Source: Moniliella sp. 'wahieum'
Lineage: Eukaryota
Direction: 5' to 3'
Assembly: GCA_003971905.1 (NCBI GenBank)
Contig: RSEE01000014.1
Location: forward strand, 806,001 to 870,000
DNA: 64,000 bases
Of this stretch, positions 48,401 through 61,636 are shown piece by piece. Numbering within the stretch: position 1 is the first letter of the stretch; each line of letters begins with the position of its first letter. The position numbers and the translations under genes were made by a program. Below the pieces are notes generated by a model. It made no database searches, was not told the origin of the DNA, and saw nothing but the letters and a program-made list of their open reading frames with translations.

Positions 48401-51077
48401 ATGCGTCGGAGCCGGTGGCCATTTTCTCCAGTCCGTCCTTCGAGGGCTCGAGTGCGCAGTGCTTGGCGCGCACGCGAGCGGTTTTGGCGCCAGCATTGGA
48501 AGGACATTGTCACGGTCCAGTCCATCTGGCGCACCAAACAACAAGGGGCGCTTTATCGCGCCCTGGTCCGTGGCACTTCGGTTCCGGTAGAGGTGGTCCG
48601 GGCGTTTGCCCACTTGCTCAGCGATTCGGATGCCGACTGGGCCGACGAGATTGAGGTAGGACGGTTGCGCCGTCTGGTTGTCCGCTCGCTTCGGGACCTG
48701 AGTACTCATGAGCACGATTTGGCCGAGCTCGACCGCAAGATTGCGCTGCTCGTCAAGAATGTGATTGGCATTGAGGAGTTGGTGCGGCTCAAGAACGAAC
48801 GGGGGCTTGGCACCGGCTCTGGCACGATGGCTTTAACCTCGCTCTCCTCCCGTACGGTCACCGTTGGCGATCCCTTTGCAGAGAAGCAGGCCGGCCACGC
48901 TCTCGATCGCGCCGGGCAGGCCAAGCTCGAGCTCTACCAGACTCTTTTCTTCCTCTTGCAAACCCGTCCAGGGTACCTGGCTCGGCTGTATGTGGGGCTG
49001 GACCAACTGAGTCTATCCGATCACGAGACCAAGCAAGTGGAGAAGGCCATTCTCACCCTCTTTGGGTACGGCCAAGATGATCGCGAAGAGTTCTTGCTTC
49101 TCAAGCTGGTGGACGAATGTGTGCGGCAAGAGACTGCTCTATCCCTCTCGCCTCAGGACTTGCTCAGCGGCCGGAAACGGTTTACCAAGCTGGTGGCTAA
49201 CAGTATTCTGATCGTTCGCATGTCGCCTCGTCGGGAGATGCGCAGCGGATCCGTCCAGAGCTGGTGGGCCCCCCCATTGTGGCGATGCTGAACGATGTGA
49301 ACTTGGACCTGGAGACCAACCCCAAGAGCATTTGGACCAGCATGCATCCGGGACAATGGCCGTCGAAAACGTTCAAGAAATCCTCCTTGATCCTCAAACT
49401 CGTACCACCTACATCCACCGCCTCCAAGCGCTCCATGCCAACCGACTCGTTTGTCAGCGCCATCACGAGTCGCCCGCGGCGCTTGCCATATGGTCTGCGT
49501 TACACGGCCCGCACCATCCTTCGTGCGGGGAAAGCCAATTCCCAGAGCAAAACTCGGACGACTTGGCACGCTTGGTGGGGCATATGGTCTACTACCGCTA
49601 CTTCCGTCCGGCCATCATTGCGCCCGAGGAGCATGGCGTGCTCGAGGACGGGGTGGTGCTCGACCCCAAGCAACGCGCTCTGCTGAGCCGGGTGGACCGA
49701 ATGATCTCCGACATTGCGCACGGCAAAGTGTATGGCGCGATGGAGGACGAGGACCTGAGGGACGGCCACTTGGCGCCGCTCAATGAGTTTATGAGGGATG
49801 CTACGCGTCGGTTCACGGACTGGATCCTGGCCTTGATTGATGTGCCGGATTTGGAAATTCACTTTGCCACGGTGGATGCACTGGATGCGACGGGCCAGCT
49901 GTCGCGCGCGATTGATATCTCGCCGGGGGAGGTGTACGCATTCCATGCGCTCCTGCTCCGCGAGCTGGCCGTGGTAGCACCCGAACCGAACGACATTGTG
50001 AGGGAACTCCTGCAGAAGCTGGGCCCCGCCCTGTCGCTCCGTCACCCAACGAAGTGGCCTTGGTAGCCGCAAGAAACCAAGAAGTCACCCTCGAGTTGAT
50101 CCCCATGGCTTGCCCGACCCGAGGCAGAGGGCCGTGCGCTGTGGGTTGAGACCAAACGGTTGGTGCTGAATGTGCTGCGGGTCCAAACGGGCCCGGATCT
50201 GTATACGGTTTTGCTAGAGGAGGTGACCGATGCCGACGAGCGCGCTTGGATGGCCGTGGCCGAGGCTGAACGCGTAGCAGAGCAACGAAATGCGCTGGTC
50301 AGCCGCCGTGGTGATCGGCCCCTCCCCGCTCAATTGCGTGCCCAGCATCACCCGTCCGAGTTGCCGCTGGAAGATTTGCGGCAGATGGCCTTTGTGGACG
50401 TCAAGGCGCATACGCTCCAGCGGGTACTGGACCTGGAGCGATCGGGCAAGGTGACTCGTGCCAACGGGTTCCAGGACTTATGGACGCGTTGGCCCACGAC
50501 ATTCGGCTCAAGAATACGATGCGCACCCACCGCAAGGCCCAGATGAAGGCCATGTCGGATTCGTTGCGCGACCTGGCGCAGCGCAAGACACAGATTGACG
50601 ACCGCATCCGTCTTACCACTCTGTCATTGAGCAGTCCATTGCCGAGACGCCACAAGAAAGGGTCCAAGAAGCGTGGGTTGCGGTTGAAGGACAAGTTGTC
50701 TTGGTCGTCCCAAGCCAAGCACATGCGTCAGCTCGATCGCCAGGCAAATTGCCCGCCTTTGGATCCTTCTTGTTCTCTTCCTTCAAGTTGGAACAGCGCG
50801 GCGTTCTGCTCTCGGTCGAAACGGGTCAAACGTTGGACTTTACCATTGACTCGAACCGGCCTGGCGTCTTCACCATCTCGGCACTCGTCCCGGCTTCCTC
50901 TTCCAGTCCGGGCGGCCCACCCTTGCCCCGTTGGCAGAGGAGGAGATCACCCTCGAACGGCTTTTGGAGTTGCAGTGGAACCACGAGTCGTCGATTCTCC
51001 TCCTCAATGGCCTGGCTCGCTTCAACACGGACAAACTGATCGAACTCATCAATCGAAAGTTTTATGCCTCGAGCTAG
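45451..51077 (+). CDS. IQG1: IQGAP (Iqg1/Rng2-like cytokinesis protein)
   Basis: CH domain (RHLLKAYEYLCHCGEA, LQFKHTDNINYFF, FELTDIYEKKNFPKVVYCIHAL), many IQ motifs (LQAHARGALAR etc.), RasGAP-like region (YYRYFRPAIIAPE) and LIELINRKFY C-terminus. Confidence 0.93.
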
Positions 51078-52807
51078 TTTCGCTTTTTCTCTCTCTCTCT
51101 CTCTCTCTCCTCTCTCTCTCCCCCCGTTCCGCTTCGTTCTTCTCGGCTACATCTACCTTTTATGTCCATGCTACGGATATGTTTCTGTCTCCCTTCGTAT
51201 CCGCTTCGTTTCTTCCCCCCTCTGTTCAATTCCCTTGGTTTGTTTTCTTCTGTTCAAAGAAGCCCTATGTGGGCACCCGTGCCCCCCCCCCCCCCTTGTA
51301 CCCGAGTACTATACTATTAGCGTGAATCATCCCCCCATCCTTGTTGGTCAGGCAGAAGTGTAAACCCTGCGCCTACTTCGAAGATGGCAAGGCCAAGCGC
51401 CAAGCGGTCCGTAGTATCCAGTGTTGAGTATGAGTGCCGAGAAGGAAGTTGATCTACGAGACGGATTGTTCTGGTGGCCATTATCAATTCTTTATAACTA
51501 AATTGAGCATCCTGCCATGGCCACGGCCGCCGAGCAGTACACGGCAGAATACGATGGCGTCAGTCGTACACGCCAACACTATACGTCAAAACGTCATCTC
51601 CTGGTTGCTTTGGGTGTCGATGGTAGTCATTCAGGCTGCATGGAATGGAGGGGGGAGTAGAAGTAACCACGCGGTGTATACAACGCGTGATAATCGATAA
51701 TGCTATGAGAGAGAGACGAGGGGCTCAACATTCAAGATTAGTCAAGCTTCAAGGAAGATCTAGAACAGAGTGACTACTACTACAGTAGGTACTTAGTAAT
51801 TAGTACGTGTGACATATGAGACCCGTCACAGAGTTTGTGGTGCCGCCACAACAAAGAGGGCACGCCTATCCATTGTAGTACTGCGGCAATAAAACCGTCG
51901 TCCACAGCTCGCCTCTCTGTCCGCCCACTGACGAATTGGGAAGCCCCGGAAAGCTGTGACAGCTGAAGATCCGCTACCACAATGCGCCGGCAGCACGATG
52001 GTCCGAACAAAGGGGGGGGAGGTTATTACATGCTGGCCGTTGCGTGGCTGGTGCTGTTCGCAGGCAGATGGACGCCATGAATGGGAGTGGAGGGGCTGGA
52101 ACTAGAGTCGATCGTCGATCGTCGATTGGTGATGTGATGTGGTGTGCTGTGATGAGAGGGCAGGAGGGCAGGAGGGCAGTGTTGCGTAGGACGTGCGTGT
52201 GACATGTGATGAGGGATGTGCGAGGGAACGGGACATGGGGCCATGCAGCCCAGTGACTAGTGGCCGCACAGCGCAGAGACGCTGCCCCGGCTGAGCTCAG
52301 CAACGAGCAGCGGAACGCAAAACCTCGCATCAGCCGTCGCCGCAGCCTCCACCGCTGATCCATCGCCGATCGCCTGCTGAGCGCTGATGCAGAGCTGCCG
52401 TGCCGCTGGCCGAAGAGACGGGGGCACAGCGCCAGCCTGGCCGCAGAGGGCCCTGCATGGCTCTGCTAACACAGGCGCCATGCTGTTCTTTCCTCCCGAC
52501 GAGCCGAATAGCCCATCCGCACAGGGGCAGTCTACGGCAGCTGAGTGCGACAACCGGGACGACTGCCCCTCTGCCCGCCCTGCTTCTTTCTGCGGGCCAG
52601 GCGCCGGCGTGGCGAGCGCTGACATGCGATTTGGGACAGCACGCGTCGGTCGTCAGTACTCAGTCGCTGGGGGAGCCTGGGACCTGTCAGTGACTGGCGT
52701 GGCGGGAGCTGCCCGACGCAAACGCACGTGGTGCCCTCCGTCTCTTCTTCCATCACCACCACTCTCCTCCATCCCCCCCTCACACCCCCTCCCTAGTCTC
52801 CCCTCCC

Positions 52808-55090
52808 ATGTCGCATGCGCCAGCACAGAGGCGTACGACGAGGGCTCGTACGACCCTTATCCACACTCTCTACGCAGGAGACCACCCCACCCCGCCAGCC
52901 ATGCCGCCTCTGTCTCACACCTCCAGCACCCCGCTCGACGCCCTGCAGCAGGTGCGGCTGCAGCAGCTGCATACCCGCAAGCGTTCTGGCTGGATCGCCG
53001 ATGCCGACATCCTCTCCCATTATGGGCTTCGACACGTGCCGACCAAAAGGACAGCTCAGCGTCACCCCCAGAAAGTGGGCAGATGGCCTGGTACTCTCCG
53101 TCGCAGACCGACTTGACCAAAAAGGGCTTCAGCCCTGACATTTCCACCTCCCACTCCTATTCCCTTCATTCCCATGGCGGTGTCTTCCTTTCTCCGGGGC
53201 AATCGTCTCTGGGTTGGGCATCCAGACAAATGCCTTGCCTGTGCATCACCCCAGATGTCCAGCCCGACGAGTGCAATGTGTTCTTCCCCCTTCAAGGAAG
53301 GAGCCGGCGTGCTCGGATCCGCGTCACGGTACGGGGTGGTAGACCCAACATGCAAATCAACGCGCTCCTTTACAATGATCTCGCCGACTGGATGATGACC
53401 TGCACCGCCTTGGCCCGGACGATGCCAAATATGCCAACAAGACAAAGGGATCAGTGCTCGTGGTGTGGTACAACCTTGGCACCCTGATCGTCCTGATCCT
53501 TGGCTTACTGATGCTGTTTGCTGGCTACCCGATTCTTACCGCCTTCCCACCAAGCACGACTCGCTGGGTGCCTATGGCCTAGGCGGGACCAACGGTTCGG
53601 CCAAGGCCAGCATTCGGGCGTGCGCACCACCTTGATCGACCCCGACACGCCCCAGGAAGCCTACACTCGCCCGCCGCCGTCGGTCGGGCACGATGAACCT
53701 CGTCTTTTCGGACGAGTTCAACACCCCGGCGCAGCTTTTACCCGGGCGATGATGCGTTTTGGGAAGCCGTGGGACCTGCATACTGGGCCATAACAACTAC
53801 GAGTGGTAACGACCCAGCGGCAGTTACCACGGCCAATGGTGCGTGCAGTGACGCGAGCCAACACCGGAGCACAACCTCAACTTCCGCGGGGGCATGATCA
53901 AACGTGGAAAAGTTTGCTTTACGGGTGGGTGTTGGGTCAGTGTCGTCTGCCTGGTAAGGCCAAGGTGGTGGCTCTGCCTGCAGTGTGGTTATGGGCAATC
54001 GGGCCGCGCTGGTTACGGCGCGACCCTCGAGGGCACGTGGCCCTACAGCTACGACGCGTGCGATGTGGGTACCTTGCCAACCAGACGACCCAGTGACGAT
54101 GTTACCCGACACAACCGAGCTTGGAAATTGCGGGTTTCAACCAAAAACACTTACCAAGTCGCTCTCTTCTCCCTGGCCAGCGTCTGCAGGCATTGCCTGG
54201 CGATGACCATCCGGGACCGCAGTTCCCCAAGGATCCTATGCGGGCCGTATGGCCTGAGATGATCTGTTTGAAGCCCAAGTTTCGTCCGATGGTATGACTG
54301 TCTCTCAGTCGGGGCAGTTTGCTCCTTACAAGTACGTTTTCCTTCTTCTTTTTTGTTTCATACTCCTGCAAGGCTGACATTTTGTGGTTTGGTGGCAGTG
54401 CCTATACCGCCCCATGGCCCCGCCCATGCTGATCAACCAAGGCGATCGCCAACTCCTACACGGAGAAATTACCCAGCAGAGCATGTGGGCGTGACACCGA
54501 CGGACCAGCAAGGTGTCCAGTACTGCCGACAACTCGACGTATTTTTACCGAGTACGCGGTCGAGTACAAGCCGGCCACGGCGTGTACATCCAATGGGAAG
54601 CGAGCGGCCAGCCCGCGTGGCGTCTTACGCCCGAGCAATTGGCTCCCGACCCGGTCGCTCAAATTCCGAACGTCCACCGCCCGAACGATGACATCCTCGC
54701 CAACGTGGGCATCTCGCAAAACTTTGGCACGCCATCCTGGAACGAGATCATGTGGCCATCGACGATGGAAAATCGACTTTGTGCGGGGTGTACCAGCCGG
54801 CAGGCAAGACCAACATTGGTTGTGACCCGCCCGACTATCCACCGCCGCCTATATCAATCGCCACTCGAAGCGTACAACCCAACTACACCTCTGGGGCGGC
54901 GGCCAGGGGGCTACGGCGCGCCGACTGGCCCCGCAACCGCTCAATCCGGGCGGCAGCGCTACCGTGTCCAAGAACCCGGGCAGCCCCACCCGCCCAGTGC
55001 CCAAGGCCCGCGCGTACCCTCCTCTCATATTGGCAACAACCAGCCCCAGTGCGATGTCTCGGCTTGGAACAAGGGACACTCGCAAACTAA
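52808..55090 (+). CDS. KRE6: KRE6/SKN1 beta-glucan synthesis-associated GH16 protein
   Basis: LIDPDTP, LVFSDEFN, FWEAVDLHYW, HNLNFRGGM, GRAGYGATLEGTWPYSYDACDVGTLP, TDQQGVS and NIGCDPPDYP; heavily frameshifted, ends approximate. Confidence 0.9.
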
Positions 55091-55120
55091 GTATGGCAAC
55101 GATTTGCTTTCGTCTGCCCC

Positions 55121-55465
55121 TCCCCATCTCCCATCTCCTCATTGCCCATCTCTCGTCCGTATCCTATCTCCCCATCTCGTCATTGCCCCATCTCCCCATC
55201 TCCCCATTCCCCATCTCCCCATCTCCCCTCTCCCCATCTCCCATCTCCCCATCTCCCCATCTCCTCATCTCCCATCTCCCCATCTCCCCATCTCCCATCC
55301 CCATCTCCCCATCTCCCCATCTCCCATCTCCCCATCTCCCCATATCCCATCTCCCCATCTCCCCATCTCCCCATCTCCCTATCTCCCCATCCCCCATCCC
55401 CCATCCCCCCATCTGCCCATCTGCCCATCTCTCCATATCTCCATCTCCCCGTCTCCCCATCTCCC
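55121..55465. repeat. (CCCCATCT/CCCATCT)n tandem repeat, ~345 bp
   Basis: Roughly 40 mixed 7- and 8-bp units visible. Confidence 0.92.
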
Positions 55466-56405
55466 GTAATATCTCTCCCTCATCCCTGACTCTCCCACTT
55501 TCCTGCGGGAAAGGAGAGTCAGGTCATTTCTGGCCGGGGTATTTCTCGCCGTGCGAACCTTTTGTTCGCCTCTGCTCCGTTCTGTCGCTTTCGCGTTGTC
55601 ATGGTCGTCCAATGTCGTGCTTCCCCCTCCTCTCTGTGCGCTGCTTTCGTTGGCTGGTGAAGACCTTCAAGTCTTTCCCTCTCCACGGACCGCATGCCCA
55701 CCCATTCTTATGGTCCTTGCCCCCTCTGTCTCCCCCATCTCCCCCTGGTCCCGTCCGTTCCCGCCCTACGGCTACATGTGCATTCCTCTCTAGCATCACC
55801 TTCCTGTGGCAACGATCCTTTCGGTTGCGCGCTCTCCTAACGTGTGCATACGAACCAGCATGGGAGCACACGAGAGGGAAGAGGGAAGAGGAAGTCCAGG
55901 GTATAGTATCTATAGTTTCCCCTTCGGTCGCCTGTTGGCCACCATGTACCCACCCGGCACCACCGCGCCTTTCGTCCAGGTTCTGATTGTGTGCATGTCA
56001 TACAGCGGAACCTTATTATCACATTGCACGCAGCACAACCACCACACCAACCGTATTATATAGTGCTTCAAGTGTCCTCGTCAGGACTCAGTACAGCCAC
56101 GTTATACTCAGTTGGCGGCTCCCAAGTCCGCACTCGTTACATTAACGTTCAGCGAATCATTCCGGGTAGAGTGCAGATCATCGGAGCTGGGGGAGAGCGA
56201 GGCGGCTGCCCGAAGTAAGAGAGGCTCGTTTCTTTAGTTTCCTCGTGATACCTTGTCAAGGCAACTGTCGTCCCGAATTTTTGATGCAGTGTATACACAA
56301 CACGCGTCACAGCACGCGTCGTACAAACGTGATGCTTGCACAGGTACGAGAGATCGGTCACCACCCTATCACATTGCCCTGGCGAACACATGTTTCTGGG
56401 TGGTG

Positions 56406-56520
56406 CGGTAACCGGTAACTGGTAACCGGTAACCGGTAACGCGTAACGGGGCGTGGATCCAGACCCTGCGGCTGCTCAGTGTACCGCTAATAGTGCCTAT
56501 AGTAACTAGTAACTAGTAAC
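56406..56520. repeat. Heptamer tandems (CGGTAAC)n and (AGTAACT)n
   Basis: Directly visible; the 20-mer at 56501-56520 is identical to 919-938. Confidence 0.85.
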
Positions 56521-58450
56521 GACGAACTAAGATATAGGACTTGAAGGCACCACACGCTTATTAGCGCTTCTGAATCTCATGTCCAACTGAAGCGAAGAGG
56601 CACTCTGCGGATGCGCTCCTCTCCTGCCAACCCCACTGCAGAATCGCGTGGGGGCGGCTACCACCCACATTGTCGCCCCCCTCGTCGCGAGGAGGTGGTG
56701 GTGGTGCTCAGGCTGAGGAGCGGCACAGAGGACAGGCAGGACGCCGCACGACAGGTACCATGTGTCAACAACGCCACGCTGTGTCACGCATGTACCTGAG
56801 GCCTGATCACCAATCACGCATCACGCATCCCCCTCGGTGCTGCCCTATCCGTCTCCCCGATGTTTCGCCGGTTATAGGTCTGGGTCTGACAGGCTCCTCT
56901 CCACTGGGCATAAAACCATCATCGATCCACTGTCAACGTTGTCGACATCATCCACAACAACTCTCTTTCTTATTACCATGTGCCCAGAGCGGCGCAGGGC
57001 GGCGCCCCTCTGCTAGCACCATATGGGACCAATGCTCTCGGTTGGATCATCGATAAGAGGGTAGTATGATATTCTGGCCCATCGCTTACCCCAACGCTCG
57101 CACTCACCGTACTACGTGTGTGGTTGCTTCGTTGCTCACGCTCCCACATCACATGTCACATGTCACATGTCACAGCCGCTCACACCGAACACTCAGTGCT
57201 CACAACTCACATGCACTCACACGCGCACAGCGCTCACACGTCCCTGGCGCCTCTGCCCCTCCTCATGTGCCACGACCCCCTGGCTCTTGATGCACAGTAT
57301 GTTGTGCGTGCTGTAGGATAATGCGGTATCTCAGCTTGCTGGTGAACTTCACCGGTTGGGTGACGGAAAGAAGGAGGGCCATCCGGTCATTAATCACGCA
57401 ACGGTTGTTGACTGTGATCCTCTGGCTCCCAGTCGGTAGACCAGGTTCGCCTCGGTTCCATCGGCTTCCACGCTGACGTCCCTGCGTGTCACTGTCCCTG
57501 TGCCCTGCACTCTCTCCTGTGTGACTCACTGTCCCTGTGCCTAGTCCAGCCTCCTATATAGATGCCTCTGTACCCAGACCCAACTGGCTCCAATCCATCA
57601 CCTTCTCCTCATCCTTCTGCCCGTCCGGCTCCCTAGGCCAACAACGGTAGGTCTGAAGCTTCTCAAGCCTTGTAAAGGTGTGGTCCAATGGAAAAGCTAG
57701 AAGACCAATTTAGGTCATACATGCACTCAACATGCTGGATCCATGTTTTGCTCCCCCTAAGGCCTGAGGCGTTGGCCGAAGTTTCGGCTCTTGTCCGAGC
57801 TCAGTGTTTCTGCAAAGGCGGAGCAGTCTGCCCGTTGGTCTGTACGAGTGTCCATTGTCAGGAAGCGGGCCGGGAGGCGGGAGGGCGGACGGAGCGGAGA
57901 GGGTGTGGGTGTGTGTGACGGGTGATGGGCGGGGCGGCAGTGCAGTGTCGCTGCGAGTGCTCTCACATGTCGCAGGATCTCAGATCTGCGTCTCTGCAGC
58001 CGGCCGGGCGGCGCAGGGTGGCGCACCGGCTTGGAGGCGGGTCTGGGGCCAGCGGGCTTGCGGAGGCCGCCGCACTCGGCCACTGTGCCAGCCCATTCGC
58101 CCTTCGCCTGCTGTCGGCGGCTCGCTGGGCTGCTGCGCTGCTGCTGGGCTCCACCTCTCCGAGACTAGGGACCCTTGCAGCAGCTGCCTCAGGCACCAGC
58201 CCACCAGCGCCCAGCCGATGCGTCGGCACTCCAGGCACCCGCAGCTCCCCCTCTCCCACTGCGCCGTGTGCCAGCTGCCCCCAAGGAGAGTCTATATAAC
58301 GCTGGCCTCGCGAAGCGGCTGGCAAGAAAACTCGCTGCCAGTTGGGTTCTGTTGGCCCGTGTCTCCGTCCGTTTCCTCTCCATCCATCCATCCATCCATC
58401 CATCCATCCCCCCACCTCCATCTCACACTCGCTTGCGCACCCCCCGCACC

Positions 58451-60461
58451 ATGCAGACCGCCCCCTCGACAGGCCAGCCGCAGCCGTACTGGCACTCCGG
58501 CCCCAACCCCGACCCCAAACACCACCCTTTACCCCATCCAGCCTTTGGGGTGGGCGGACAACCCGCCTCCAGCTGCATATCCTGCTGTGTGTCATTTGGA
58601 CTGCCTCTCCACTCTCCAGCACCACACTATGTTGTTAACCCCCTACTTCTGCTTCTCTTCAGTTGATGGCCAGGGGCCATACGCGTATGCCGCTTCGTCC
58701 TATGACACGCAACAGATGTACCAAAGCACACCGAATTATACCGTCCCACTCAATGATGAGCCCGGTGAACCCGAGCAACACGCTCCGGTCCCGGAAACCG
58801 AGGTTGCCCAAGATGATAACCGTTTCTTTCTCGATCGGGGCTACGGCAATAACCAAAAAGGCGGTCTGTATGGTGTCCCTGTGACGTTGATGACGACCCA
58901 ATTGGCTACATGAAGAGCAACCCCAAACAAGTTGGTGCCTTTGCCATCCTTTTGCTCTTTTCGGCGGTCATGGGCTTGGCATCACGCTGGGTGAGATCCT
59001 CCCAACCAAGCGGCCGTCAAGGCCCGCTTTGCCAACTGGAACCCTCAAGCTGCGCAAGATCTACCGTCGGACGTGGATCCGCTGCCCTTTTGGGATGCGA
59101 GCGACCCCAACAACAAGATCCTTGGTGTCTCGCTGGGCGGCCACTTTGTCCTGGAGCGGTGGATGAACGAGGACTGGTTTACTTCCTACGCGCCCAATGC
59201 ACTTGACGAGTGGTCGTTTGTCGAGACGCTGGCGCGCAGAAAAGGCCAAGGAGGTGCTGGAGGAACACTGGTCCACCTGGTTTGTTGAAAGCGACCTGGA
59301 TCTCATGCAGGCCCATGGAATTAACATCTTCGGATCCCCCTTGGTTTCTGGACCCTCATCCCGACCGAAGGCAACGAGCCGTATGTCAACTCGACCCAGC
59401 TTGTCCACACACAACATCCTCGGTTGGCTCTACAAGCGCGGCATGCGCGCCTTGATTGATGTGCATGCGATGCCTGGGTCTCAAGTAAGTCTTCTTCTTC
59501 TTTCCCTTCCTCTCTTCCCCTCACCCGCACATAGGGAAACTCTTGCTTGGTTTCGTCGTTGTCGTCAGTTGAAACAGATCCGAGGACTCGCTCTTCTTGT
59601 CTCGCACTTTCAGTCGGGCGACCAGAGCAGCGGCCACATTGGCGCCGCTAACTGGTTCAACTCTACCAACCAAGCGCGTGGCCTGACGACGGTCAAAATC
59701 TCATCTCGTGGATTTCGACCAACCAGTTCGATCGGTCATCTCGGGTGTGTCGCCAGTGAACGAGCCGATTGGGGTGTCGTTGGGTACGCCCGAGCGAGTG
59801 CAAATTACCCAGCAATTTTACGAAACAGGTCTACCCTTTGCTCTGGCCGCCAATTGCCCCATGTACTTCCACCATGCGTTTGTACCCGACCCCACCAAGT
59901 TCTGGGCCCCTTTGCGACGGCAAGAACGCTTCCATGTTGGTCCTCAACGACAACCCCTACCCTGGCTACTTTCCGCTCAATCAGCCAAACGTTGATGGAC
60001 ACGCGTGGTGCCAGGACATCCTCCGTTTCTCCACTTCCCCGTTCCCACCGCCAGACCGAGTGGCCCTCGCCAGCGGCCTGACCGACCCGCGTGGAACGCA
60101 CACTACTTTGCCACCGGCCGCCACGTACGCATGGCAGGCCGGCTGGTTCTTTTGGAACTGGCGCATGGAAAAACTCGACCGTGCCAGCATGGGAGGGCCG
60201 AACGGCCGTGGCCGACCTAACCAGATGCAATACTCCTTCAATGGCTCGCCCAAACGGGCATTGTCCCGCTCGCCAACCAGACCAGCCAGACGGGCACCCC
60301 AACCAAGGCAAGGCCTACCTCGAAGCTCTGCCCAATGTGTGCGGCGGATGCGCGACGTTACGTATGCCCACGGGCGCCCCGGCGCAGCCGTCCGCCCTGC
60401 ACCCCCACGGCGCGCTCCTGCCACGGCCCATCATCGGCACCTGCGTGGGTTCACCAGCTAA
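58451..60461 (+). CDS. GH5 exo-1,3-beta-glucanase-like, probably type II membrane-anchored
   Basis: Hydrophobic segment VGAFAILLLFSAVMGL, GVSLGGHFVLERWM, DEWSF, LEEHWSTW, IPLGFW, IDVHAMPGSQ/SGDQSSGH, acid-base NEP, TEW nucleophile and GWFFWNWR. Confidence 0.87.
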
Positions 60462-61636
60462 AACGTCACGTTGGGCGTCTACTCTTACGGCACCCACATG
60501 CCAGCCCACTGGCGCTTTCGCAGCCCACACGCTCTCTCTCTCTCTCTCTTTCTCTCTAGTATATCTATCTCTCGTTTTCATGCCACACGTACTCCCTGTT
60601 TTGCTGTGCTCGTCTCTCCTTCCGCGTCTCCGTGATCTTTTTCTGGCGGGATTTTGGGTCTGTGCATGCGCTCTCTTGCCTCGATCGAATATACGCTCAT
60701 GCACACATCGGTTTACTACTCGCTGCCCGCGCTTGCGGTACACAGACACAGACTCACCGCGTGGGTTTCTTGGTTCTTGGTATGGACTTGAGTGATTGGA
60801 TCGTAACGCGTAAAGGGTGGCACAACAAAGAAGGCTTATAAGGGTCGTGTGTCGAAGAGGTGTAGAGATCCTACCATGCAGCCCCTTCCAGTCTGTATAT
60901 GTACTGCAGTTCCAGAAATTTTTCTGCCGCTTCTTGTTGTTCGTGAACGCTGCCTGTTGTGGATCAAGCTGTGCCTGTGCGGGCACCGCGGGGTAGAGAT
61001 GCATAGTAGAGGTCTATATCTATCGCCCACAGTTGCTAGTATCCTTGCGCAGTCCACATTGACACTGTTTTGCCACCGTCTCTCCAACTGCCCAGGCTCC
61101 GCCCCTCTCTCTAATGGAGAGAAATTGCTTGGCCTCAAATGCTCTTCAGTCTCTGTCCTGCGCCCAGTAGAACGATGGGCTGGATGTGGTCGATCTGCCT
61201 CCTCCTCGTGCATCTCTATGGCGAGGTTATTGGTTCTCATATGAGGCCCAAATGGATCATAAAGCGATGAGGGGGACAGGGGGATGGCGTACAAGGACCG
61301 CGGCAGGCCCGCACCTCTTCTCCAGTGGTGTGCAGCGCGTGTCCTCGGTGGCCGCTGTTGGGAAAGAGGCAGAAGAACACATATGCAACCGTACGCATCG
61401 TTCTCCCTCCACAGCGCGCCAATCTGGTACAACAGGACGGCCCGGAAGAAACGGATAGGTGGGGAGCGGGGAAGGGATGAAAGGACGCAATGTGGTGCAT
61501 GTGGTGATTGCGTTGCCATATGGGAAAGCAAGTAACTCCCAAAAAGTGTGGTGAAGTGTGTTCAGAACAAGTAGGAGCCGAAGCAAAAGGATGCATAGGA
61601 AAACAGCAGTAGCGAGTGTGATGCATTGATCCCAGT

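Noticed and set aside
1063..51077. Cytoskeleton/cytokinesis cluster (EDE1, gamma-tubulin, BUD6, IQG1)
   Set aside because: Spread over 50 kb among unrelated housekeeping genes; no evidence of clustering.
54964..55986. 340-aa Pro/His/Ser-rich ORF
   Set aside because: Translation of the CCCCATCT repeat, which lacks stops.
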